This document shows positions 50,371-64,000 of a stretch of DNA of 64,000 nt, piece by piece. Below the pieces are notes generated by a model, which ran no database searches, was not told where the DNA came from, and saw nothing but the letters and a program-made list of their open reading frames with translations. Positions within the stretch are counted from its first letter, which is position 1. Every line of letters begins with the position of its first letter. A program made the position numbers and the translations under genes. Source of the stretch: the human T2T-CHM13v2.0 reference genome, Homo sapiens. The stretch is taken from the NCBI RefSeq assembly GCF_009914755.1, contig NC_060937.1. One strand, given 5' to 3'.

Positions 50371-51797
50371 AAACCAAACATAAAAAAGATTTTTTTTTCA
50401 AAATCATGAGTTGATATTTATGTTTTCAGTTTAATTCAATAGCAAAATTACATATCTTTAAAACAATTTTATACCTGTAGCTAAGCTATAGTTGTATATT
50501 TTCTTTTAATATCATCTTTCCTATAACTGAAAAAGTCATTAAAAGAAGAAAAGATTATTGTTTTGTTTCAATTTCAAAGTAATCAAAACTAAGTGTACTA
50601 GTATTAAATAGTTAAAGCTAGTAGATCAATAATGAAATTTAATGTTATTGCTTTTTGCTATCTTTTTTGAGTTTACTAGTGATGTAAAAGATTTGAGTTA
50701 TTTGCTGTGATTATATAAATACTCTTTTGATGCATAATTCAGCTGTTAACATCATGTTAATTTGTGGCATTAATAATTTTACTGATAGCCCTTCTGTGAT
50801 TCTGATTTTTGGTAGTGGTTTTTACCTGGTAAGTAACGTTTTGTCAGCTGGCAGGTACTGGAAATCTGCTTTATCACTTCTTTTTTAAGAAAAGTGGAAA
50901 ACACAAAGAGTTTGTTCACCAAAGTTATATTTCAAGGATTCCATTCGACCAGAATCTGGTTCACCTTATTAACTTAACTTGGGGGTATATGTACTAGATT
51001 TTTACATACATCTGTTTGGAGAAACTTGTTTTATCTGTGTAATGTTTGTAAGACCAGAAGTTCTTTTACTGTTCTTGAAATAAAACTTTTAAGAAGCTGA
51101 GTATACTTCTGTTAGTTTCAAATATGGACTATAATTACACCAAGGTTTTGGACTAAAGAGGAAGCAAATAATCTGTTCTTATGTTCTTAAAAGACATGAT
51201 TTAAGTGTATCCAACTAGATTCTTAGTGTGTCTGTGTTTACTCCTACTCAAATGAAAGCTTTTAAAATTTTTCCCACTTTTTGAAGTATTTAACTCTTCT
51301 GTAATATGCAGTGTCTTCTTATTAACTTTAAAGTTGTGTTAAGCAAATATGTTTAAACTAATATTTCAATTTCAAAAACCCTAATTTGAAACAATAAATT
51401 TTATCATTGTATACATTATGAGCTTTTAAGAATAACCAAAAAAATGGGGGTGGATGTTTTATGTGGAAGTTATGTGTATCCCTTTTCTGCTTTTGGCTGA
51501 GGACAGATATCTTAGAATTAGCTTTATGATGCATTCATCTATCTGATTATTTCAGTTAATATCATCTTAATATAATACAGGTTACTTGAGAAGAAAAACT
51601 CTTAACCCAGTATTGGAGAGATGCCAGGTAGGATACTAACCTTGATATAGGATTTCATGTGAGAAAGAAAAAGGAAAATATTTTCCATTAAAAGTTGAGT
51701 TTTTATCTAAAATTCTCTTAATTTTCTAAAAAAACTTAATTTTTCTAAAAATATGTTGAAGAATTATATATAAAATTCACTTTGCTATATATATAGC

Positions 51798-51839
51798 TAT
51801 ATATAGAGAGAGAGCTATATAGCTCTCTCTCTATATATA
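51798..51839. repeat. 42-bp perfect palindrome within a ~76-bp imperfect hairpin (51775-51850)
   Basis: TATATATAGAGAGAGAGCTAT|ATAGCTCTCTCTCTATATATA. Confidence 0.95.
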
Positions 51840-52238
51840 TAGAGCAAGTGAATAATAGGTACACATTTCTAGGAATACCCCAAATATTAGAACCTACATA
51901 CTAAAATCACATCAGGAAACAAATAATAGTGCCCCAGACATTCCATTCAAGCCTCCTGCTGGTTACTATTCCTAACTCCCCAGCGACATGCACTATCATC
52001 TAGTAACAACATAGATGAGTCTTGCCTATGTTTGTACTTTGCGTAATTGGCTTCGTACTTTGTATAATTGAGCTACTAAGTACTGTTTTCTGTCATCTTT
52101 CAGGTATATATTTGTGAGATAAATCCAAATTGTTCCTTCCAGTCATTTATTTTTCTCATTGATATATAGTATTCTGTTGTTAAGAGTACTATAATTTATT
52201 TATTTTACCATTGGTCATTTTGAGGACTTTCAATTTGA

Positions 52239-53232
<994 letters not shown>

Positions 53233-53884
53233 TAAAGTAATTCTTATAAAGTACTTGGCTTAGCTGCTGGCAAATAATAATGCTTACTGATTCTTGCATA
53301 TTACCCATAGTTTATTGGCTAACTTTATGTCTTCCTTAAATTATGAAATTCTATAAAGTATCCTTGTCTATTTTAAAATTATACTCATTTTTATAACTTA
53401 CATGCTTTATTTGTATATATCCAGGATACTAGATATTTGCAATCCAAATTGGAGATTACTTTTTGTCATTTTTTTTTTCTGTAATGTGTGTTCTCACCAC
53501 ATAGAAGTTTTTACATTTTTATGTAGTCAGATTTATTCATGTTTTTATTTATGGTTATGTTAAAGATTATAGCTATTAGGGACCTATTTCTTCAGGGTTT
53601 ATAATTTGTGTATGTTGTTACAAATAGAGAAATTATTTTTTCTTTGACCCAATAGGTAGAGGGCACTTTTGTGGACTCAGAAATCTTGCCTCTCCTATTT
53701 TATTTTAGGAAAATTTCTGAGATTCTGCCTCCTCATTTCCAAGCCAGAGTTTAAAATATTTACATTTTTACTTCATAGTGTTAAGACATTGTGTAATGTA
53801 AGTATAATGTGTAAAAAAAAATCTTAAAAATCTAATAGTGATTTGGCAGAGACCAAAGCATGGAGGGCCTTGAAATGCTGCTGC

Positions 53885-54822
<938 letters not shown>

Positions 54823-56119
54823 CATTCTGTATTGAGGGGTTTGCGTGTGATTCAGAATATATTTGTATTCCTTTAGAAAGATTGCTGTGGCAGCAGGGAG
54901 GAGGATGTGGCAGAAAGGAAAGATACTGGCAGGAGAAAAATCCCACTCTTAGCAGTCTCCATTTTGATTTTGTAATGTCGTTTGATGTTATTTTTTTAGC
55001 AGATGTTTCAATCAGAAATGTGTGTTTAATAGTATGCCAACTAGAATGATTAGCCTGGACCAGAACAAGAGTCATGAGTCAGTCACTGAACTGTTCATTA
55101 CTTCAGGTCAATTCATATACAGAATAATTTCATAGATTAGGTTTTATTTCAGTCAGCTTTATTTCATTTTCTAAAGCGAACAGTTGTTTAAATCTCGGAT
55201 CTCATTAACAGCATTTTAATAAACACAGTATTAGGGTGGGTTTACTTACCTAGATTGCGAATCTCATGGATTATATATTGATTCTTATAGGCTTAATTTT
55301 TGAATCGGGCATTATTTATTGTAATTCTTTAGTCTTACAGTTTTGCATGTTTGAAGCTATATTTTTTCCTCTGAATACCACATTTGCCATGTCTCAGAGA
55401 TTTTTTTGATGTTTCTTAATCATTTAAAAATAATACATGATTTTTCTTCTTGATTGAAACTCTGCCATTATATAGAAAGGACTTTTAAATTTTGCCAGTG
55501 GATAGATTTGGGAGTTTATCCTTATATTGTGAATTTCTAATTTTTATTGTATTAGTTCTAGGGACGCATCTGCTTTTACTGGATATAACCTAGGAAATAC
55601 CTGCTTTTTAAAATCTTTGGACATTTCCTTGTGACCATACATGTGAATTTTTTTTGAAAATTCTATGTACATTTGAATAGAATGTTTTCTCTATTTTTGG
55701 AATTCAGAGATCTGTGTGTATTTTATGTGTCTGTTTGAATGAAACCCGATCATTTCTATTATTTATTTCATATCTACTTAATATCCTGATTTGAGAGCTA
55801 TGTTAAAGTCTAATCTATGCATGTTATTTCTACTCAGCTTTACTTTCTATATGTGACATATATTTATTAGGTGTATAAACTTTAATGACTATGGCTTCTT
55901 TTGGAATTTACACTGTAACATAAAACTTATGTTATTATGAATTATTATCTTTGACTTATTCACTGCTTTTTAAATTCTGTTTCTTTGCAATTATTGCTAT
56001 ACCTGCATTTTTTTGGATAGCGTTTGTGTTTTTTCCCCTCAAGTCTGTTTTTGAATTGTGTATGTCACTGTGCATTGTGCATATGTATGAATATATATAT
56101 ATAGATATAGATATAGATA

Positions 56120-56720
<601 letters not shown>

Positions 56721-57949
56721 TTCATTTTATATTATATATGTGTACACACACACACATACATAAATGAAATCTGTAGTATAGTTACATGTAAAATATGTGT
56801 ATGTGTTAAGTAGTATATTTTGCATATTTTGAAAGTTGCTGTCTTTTACTAGAGAATTTAACCTATTTACATTTGCTATCCATGGACTTGAATGTTAGCT
56901 TAACAGACATTAAAATTTTGGTTTTAAATAATTTTTTATAGACCTAGGAAAATAATGATTTTTTGGGGGTTTCTTTTTAATTCAGTATTGGTAATGAGAA
57001 CTGATGCCCGATTCTTCTTTTTTTGTAATGATCTGTTTTCTTTTTTATGTGGCTCCAAGAATTTTCCTTTTATCATTGTTATTTCAAACTTTCTGGGAAG
57101 TTTTTACCTGAAGCTGCCATTCAGGGAGTTTAAGGAGGCATTGTTACAGATCAAGAGTGAGTATTTTTGTAGGGATATAGAGATAAGTGGAACAGTGATA
57201 ATGACTCTTTGGGTTTTAGGTTCCTCATCTGTTGAATGAGGATTATGCTTAATTAAATGTTAGCTTTTATTATTAGATATAAACATAATTTTCCTTTAGA
57301 ATTTTGGTGATTATAATCCCTCCTATTTTCTCCCTTTCTGGTACTCATATAAAACAGACGTTGCACCTTCTGGATCAGATTTTCGTGTCATTCTGCCTCT
57401 TTCTCTTGCTTTCCATCTTTGTTCTTTATTACTGCATCCTGGGAGAATCCTAGTTGCCTAACACTAAAAACAGATTGGTGAAGATTAAAAACAAATTTGG
57501 AGCATGGGGATCCTTACAATATTTATTAGAGCACGTAGCCTAAAACCATTGCTATAGCTGGTACAGAATTAATACTGGATAATTAATTAAATGAACTGTG
57601 GAATATTTAACTTCTTGGTATTTTTTTATGATACAACTTTAATCTCAGAAATTTTGTTCATTCTGTTGTGTTTTATAGATACATTTTGACAGATTATTTC
57701 AATCTATTAAATAAAAGTTTTGAAAATTCCTCAGACTCATTCTTCAAATTGGTAATATGAGTTCTCACTGAGTTTTTGTTATTATGTTCTTGGATTAATA
57801 TGGGAAAATATTATTATAACATGTTGCTTTTTTCCTTTTCTTACTCCCTGTCTTTTCAATGATGAATAAAAGTAAAAAGAAAAAATGCTGTCTAGGAATT
57901 TTCATTATTGATTCAAATAAACCGTTTAGTTGATAAACCATTTAAGGGC

Positions 57950-58369
<420 letters not shown>

Positions 58370-59259
58370 TAAGAGTGTTGACATTTGAGAAGTTCCCTGT
58401 AGAAATCCATTCTTTGATATTGTCTATGATTTTACAAGTACTTTTTATTTGGTTTAGGAAGATACATTCCAGACTGTGTATATATAGTAAACATTTTCTT
58501 TTAATGCCGAGTGCTCTTCATTAGCTATTTAATTGTACCATATGGGTTTGAAGCGTTCCCCTAAATGTAGTGTTTTATTTTCCTTCTTTTATTCACTGAT
58601 ATCTTTATATGATATTGTAAATTAGTACGTTAGATATATTCCAGTACTTTTCATAATAGTTTAGCTAATATAATATTTTTCATTGCAGATATGATTAAGA
58701 GAACATATTGGTGTTTCTAAAATGAGAAAGACATTGAGAAGCTGGTCAATTTAAATTATTTTCTGTTATTATATACTTACCTCTCATTATATTTTATCTG
58801 CCAAGATTATTTTTAGTGCAAAAGGCTTCTGCAAAACTTGCCATATAGTATCAAAATAAGCGATTTTAGATTTTAACAATTTAGCAGAAATTAGTTATGT
58901 TAATGAGTTGTTATAAACATTTTTCAACAGATTGATTGTACTTTTTCTTTCGACATTTACGTGACCTTTCTCTTTGGACATTTAGACTACCAAGGTGTTG
59001 TATTTGCAGTTAATTCTGGGTTCTGTTAATGCACTAAACATATTTAGATACCTTGGGAGTTACAATATAAAAAATTACCTGTTTTGTAAAAGCTGGTTAT
59101 TACACTTTATCAATGAAGACAAATATTTTTTTGTGTTTCTAATGCATTAATACCCTTGAGTGCCAAAATAGCACCGAAATGTTATTCTGTATACTTATAA
59201 ATATTATATAAAATTAAAGTGTCACAACAGTAATTAGTGTTTATGAGTTATTTAGAAGC

Positions 59260-59452
59260 TTCTCCTGCTTCAGCCTCCTGAGTAGCTGGGACTACAGGTG
59301 CCTGCCACCACATCCGGCTAATTTTTTGTATTTTCAGTAGAGATGGAGTTTCACTGTGTCAGCCAGGATGGTCTCGATCTCCTGACCTCGTGATCCGCCC
59401 GCCTTGGCCTTCCAAAGTGCCGAGATTACAGGTGTGAGCCACCGGGCCGGCC
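59260..59452 (-). mobile_element. Truncated antisense Alu (tail and most of the right arm missing)
   Basis: Begins abruptly at ttctcctgcttcagcc; left arm intact. Confidence 0.92.
59341..59431 (+). other. BAGE: BAGE non-coding exon 3 (exonised Alu left arm, 91 nt)
   Basis: ttttcagtAG|agatggagtttcactgtgtcagcc...gagattacag|GTgtga; matches the Alu segment recalled in the BAGE cDNA between ...aataggagg and cgatgtgcat... Confidence 0.78.
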
Positions 59453-60838
59453 AGAGTTTTGTATCTCTTTGTTTTCTTCTTTCTGATTCAGCCCTCAGCA
59501 GTCATTTAGCTTTGTTATGTTGATTCAATGCAGTAGACTGATGACAGTGAGGAAGAGTTTGATAGTATGTGAGATACAGATTTACACATAAAACATTGAA
59601 AACAATTATAATTTTAACTACTGTAGTCCCTGGTTAATTAGCAGAATATAAAGTCAGTGTAGTAACATGTGAAGATATCCACAGTAATGTTAGCAGGGTC
59701 CAACTGTCTCTGCTGCGTGAGGCTCCAGTTATCTCAGCTAAGCTGTTTATGAGCCACACTCACAAACAAGATCACCAAAAGTTAAGTATTTTTGGTATAT
59801 GTATAGGAACACCTATCTATTAGGGCCTGTTTGAAGCAGCATTTTTGGTGCTTTGGATACAAAGATAGTATGGTGCATCAACTGAAGGATCTTGGATTAG
59901 GATGAGAAAAAGGTAAACTGATCATGTAATGGCATAAGCAAGTAGGTACCATGTAACGGTGTAAACAAAAATTTATGTTAGATAGTCATTTCCCACAGAG
60001 AGATTTCATACTGTATAGTACAGGGCCCATCAGACTCTCTTCAAAGAAAATGATGCTCAAAATGGACTTGGGAGAATGAGGAAGAGTTTGTGAATCATTC
60101 TAAGGGAAAACTGAATAAGTAAATGCAACATTTTACATAATTTCTTCCGACTTCTTATGTGTTCACTTGCCCTAGACTGCCCCTCTTGTTTGGGGCTTAT
60201 TTCTGTGCATTTTACCACTTGCAAGATAATGGAGGCAGGTTGAAATGGGAAAGATACCAGATGACTAATTTTTTCCCCCACATTTCCATCTTTTGTTAAG
60301 AAATTTGAAGTTGATTGCTACATTGAAGTATGTAGTTTTGTTTTTTTTGTGAGTCTTTAACCATTTGTGTCCCTGTTAACTTATAATTGATGAATTTATT
60401 TTGTATTTATTTTTAGGCAGGGTAAAAAATAGTAATATGTCTTATAAATAATATATGTTCCTATTACTAGTTTTGGTAGGATTTAAAAACTTTATAATAA
60501 TCCTCAATATAGAAACCTGCCCCTTTAACCATATTACTATTTGCTTTTAAAAAATATTTTAGGTTTTGTTTATAAAATGCTTCACAATTTATTTTTGAAA
60601 ATATAAGGAATGAAATTCTAACTTTCTAATTTGAATGGAAGGATGAGTTGGTAGCACACGAAGCACAAAATTGAGTAATGTAGATTTTATTATTTTTAAT
60701 GAATCCTTTGTTTAATATTTTGCAGGTTCAATTTGTTTACTTGTGATGTACAGAGAGTTTTTTATACCTTCCCAGCTTATATTTGAATATTCCTTTTCAA
60801 GGTTTTATAAAGAGATTTCTCTCCTTTACCCCTTTCAG

Positions 60839-61001
60839 CGATGTGCATTTTGTAAGCACTTTGGAGCCACTATCAAATGCTGTGAAGAGAAATGTACCCA
60901 GATGTATCATTATCCTTGTGCTGCAGGAGCCGGCTCCTTTCAGGATTTCAGTCACATCTTCCTGCTTTGTCCAGAACACATTGACCAAGCTCCTGAAAGA
61001 T
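60839..61001 (+). pseudogene. KMT2C: Duplicated KMT2C (MLL3) exon, probably exon 7, extended-PHD1 zinc finger; used as 3' UTR in BAGE
   Basis: ccctttcAG|CGA...AGAT|GTAAGT, 163 nt, encoding RCAFCKHFGATIKCCEEKCTQMYHYPCAAGAGSFQDFSHIFLLCPEHIDQAPER. No upstream KMT2C exons are visible, so this is a paralogous copy and not the parent gene. Confidence 0.93.
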
Positions 61002-61220
61002 GTAAGTTTACTACGCATAGACTTTTAAACTTCAACCAATGTATTTACTGAAAATAACAAATGTTGTAAATTCCCTGAGTGTTATTCTACTTGTATTAAA
61101 AGGTAATAATACATAATCATTAAAATCTGAGGGATCATTGCCAGAGATTGTTGGGGAGGGAAATGTTATCAACGGTTTCATTGAAATTAAATCCAAAAAG
61201 TTATTTCCTCAGAAAAATCA

Positions 61221-61366
61221 AATAAAGTTTGCATGTTTTTTATTCTTAAAACATTTTAAAAACCACTGTAGAATGATGTAAATAGGGACTGTGCAGTATT
61301 TCTGACATATACTATAAAATTATTAAAAAGTCAATCAGTATTCAACATCTTTTACACTAAAAAGCC
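61221..61366 (+). terminator. Intronic polyadenylation region ending the short BAGE transcript
   Basis: AATAAA 61221-61226 and ATTAAA 61322-61327; the recalled cDNA ends near ctaaaaagcc (61366). Confidence 0.6.
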
Positions 61367-63024
61367 ATCCAGTTGAAGAATTAGAAGACAGTTCACTCAG
61401 GTGTTATTTCAGGATTTACGTTAATAGGAACACCAAACACTTCTGAAATTCTTGGAAATTGTGTATCCCTGATAGGTGTGATAGAAATCTCTGCTAGCAC
61501 CTTTTCATGATTCATCTATCTTAGTCATCTGTAATCTGCAGTTGTGCTGTTTTTCTTTCTTTTCCAAATAGTATTTTATAATTCAATGAAAATGTTTAAA
61601 TGCTTGAAATTTACATTATACAGGAAATTATAACTCTACTATTGTATCATTAAATAGAGATCTCTCCTTTTTCTTACTAGGTGTTTTCCCAATGAGCATG
61701 TATATTTTAGGATCTATTCTCTCTTAGTCTATTGAATTTCCAATCTTATTATGAAACCTCCATGATATTTTATTCAGTCTTTTTTATGTCACCTCTTAGT
61801 TACCTAATGTTAGCTTTTACCTGTTCCTTAGCAATGTTGATAAAAGCTTTTTTTTTCCTATCTTCTCAAGGTCTGTGAAACATAAGTATAGCTACCCCAG
61901 GCTTAAACTAATCTCAAATACGGTTAGTGTACATGATCATTACCCTTTATCTTTGTTGAGTACCCTAATTTCATTTTCCATTAAAATTATTTTGTATCCA
62001 CATATGTAATCATATCACCCTTAGTAACCTAGTGTACAGACAAATTATAGGTACGGCAAACTAAAATTTTAAATTATATTTAAGCTAATAAGGGATTTAA
62101 AGTTTTAAAATGCTTTAGATTGTACACTCTTCAATCTGGAAGAGAAGAACTTTCATGCACAGCAACTGTTGTGGCTACTATTTATGTACTGAGTTACTTC
62201 AGCAAGTGCATACACTGGCAGTTATCAGAGTGGATTATATTCTGGATGGCATAATAAATATACTTTGTCATCTCAATAAAACAATTTTATGTGTATGTAA
62301 GAATCTGAATTTTATTCAGCCTTTTGTGTAGTCATGCTTTAGACCTCAGTAAACAACATGCAAACTTGTATAAGAATGTTGCTCTAATGTTAGAACGTTT
62401 TTTACTCAATGGCAGTGCTACTTTCTACTGAAAACTGTGTTCTAATAGTGTATACCTTCAGTTACATGTTAGCAATCATAAATCAGTTTGTAAAATAATA
62501 AACTAAATACTGAAGTGAGATAATTTGCTGTTGTTGATCATGTATATAATGAAAGGTTTATGGCAACATAAAGCTAAAAGACATACTAAAATTATGAGTA
62601 CTCTGCCTTTTTCCAAAATAGACTTATGGAGACTCATAAAAATACATGAGCAATAGGATAAAACTAAAAATAAGTAAGGAAATTTGGCAATGGAAAATTT
62701 AGATAGGATAAATATGAAGATAATAGAGAGACCCCCAAAAATATGTAATTCCAGACAAACCACAAATTTGGCCCCATACCTTTTCAACAGTCAATACAAA
62801 GAAGGACATATGAGCCCTTAATCTGATTCTTACTATTTATAACATCACTTGATATAATGATATAATAATAAGACATCCCTTGATAGAATGCAATGAAAAA
62901 TTGTCTTAAAGTAGCCACCTTGCAGTAGGAAAATACCAGTTTCATAGGGCTGTTTCTTATAGCAGCCTTCAAACTAAGTCAGTGGTATAAAATCAAGGCC
63001 TAAATGACTAAATTATATTTCTTT

Positions 63025-63027
<3 letters not shown>

Positions 63028-63066
<39 letters not shown>

Positions 63067-63348
63067 AGATGGAGTCTCGCTCTGTCACCCTGGCGGGAAT
63101 GCAGTGGCATGGCCTTGGCTCACTGCAAACTCCGCTTTCTGGGTTCAGGTGATTTCTCCTGCCTCAGCCTCCCAAGTAGGTGGGATTACAGGCGCACATC
63201 ATAACACCTGGCTAATTTTTTGTATTTTTAGTAGAGACGGGGTTTCACTATGTTGGCTAGATTTGTCTCGGACTCCTGACCTCGTGGTCTGCCCGTCTCA
63301 GCCTCCCAAACTGCTGGGATACAGAGGTGTGAGCCATCGTGCCCGGCC
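63028..63348 (-). mobile_element. AluS with a long pure T tail (~38 nt)
   Basis: Alu consensus match. Confidence 0.93.
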
Positions 63349-64000
63349 TCCTTGGGGATCTTAAACAGTGCATTCTAACTACACAGCGTTCTCACCCATC
63401 TGTTAAGAAGATCATAATCTTGGATTAAGTTCCAAGGATATAATTTAAAGAATATTGCAGATAGGATGTTTTGTCACATTTTTAACATCTTTTATAAATA
63501 TTTCTTCCTATCCTAATTGTGTGTCATGGCAGAAGTTACTTTTTATGCTTTAAAATGATACTGTCTTAAATCATAGTGTTATTATGAGGGTTAAATGAAC
63601 ACAATGAATGGAATTCACATAACATTGTGCCTTGTATATATTAATTGCTTTAAAAAGGGTAGTTATTTTACCTCATATCTAAGGCTTAAGTTATGAGAAT
63701 GATAATACATATTGAGTATATGTATTTTCTGATGCTTCCTAAAGGGCAGAGCAGTAGCTGTGATAGTTGACTGAGTTAGGAGTAAGGTTGACCTCTTTTT
63801 ATAAAAGTTGAGAAATTTAACAAAAGCATGTATCTCATTATAAAGAAATCCACTAAAGAGAGTATCTGTGAAGAAGGCCAAGATTTTCATCAGGAAACAC
63901 TTTTAGGGTGCTCTGTCATAGGTAAATGGCTGGTCATTGTTGCAACATTATTTTCATGATGATACAAGGATACATTAACCTTGTCTGGAAATTTTACACT

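Noticed and set aside
50740-50835. Strong donor CTG|GTAAGT in unique sequence
   Set aside because: No clear paired acceptor or recognisable reading frame; expected by chance in 50 kb.
60743-61051. 102-aa ORF as a stand-alone PHD protein or the true KMT2C gene
   Set aside because: Only 60839-61001 is exon; the flanks are intron read-through. Upstream KMT2C exons are absent and paralogue-type substitutions are present.

Overview
Human/hominid nuclear DNA, not prokaryotic, and mostly interspersed repeat. The window appears to hold a complete BAGE (B melanoma antigen) transcription unit on the + strand. Exon 1 is ~5966-6180 and exon 2 is 7670-7839; the spliced ORF is [43 protein letters not shown], 43 aa. 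An exonised antisense Alu follows (59341-59431), then a terminal exon starting with a duplicated KMT2C/MLL3 PHD-finger exon (60839-61001) that reads into intron to a poly(A) site near 61.3 kb. The promoter sits at the centre of a ~600-bp degenerate palindrome (5535-6130) with mirror-image CCAAT boxes, flanked by C-rich and G-rich tandem arrays (probably REP522). A 20-bp tandem repeat at the end of exon 1 packs a splice donor, a YY1-type motif and an ATG into one unit, so donor choice could switch the N-terminus between MAARA and MAAGA. The ~51-kb second intron contains about 50 Alus, L1/L2/MIR remnants, Tigger1, Charlie, MER1, MER20, MaLR LTRs, a Y1 RNA pseudogene and a 1.5-kb in-register (GGT)n array. 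Nearly all supplied ORFs are repeat artefacts. Gene and repeat names come from recall of known sequences, with no database search, and repeat boundaries are approximate. I found no clearly new gene system; the findings are structural observations on a known locus.
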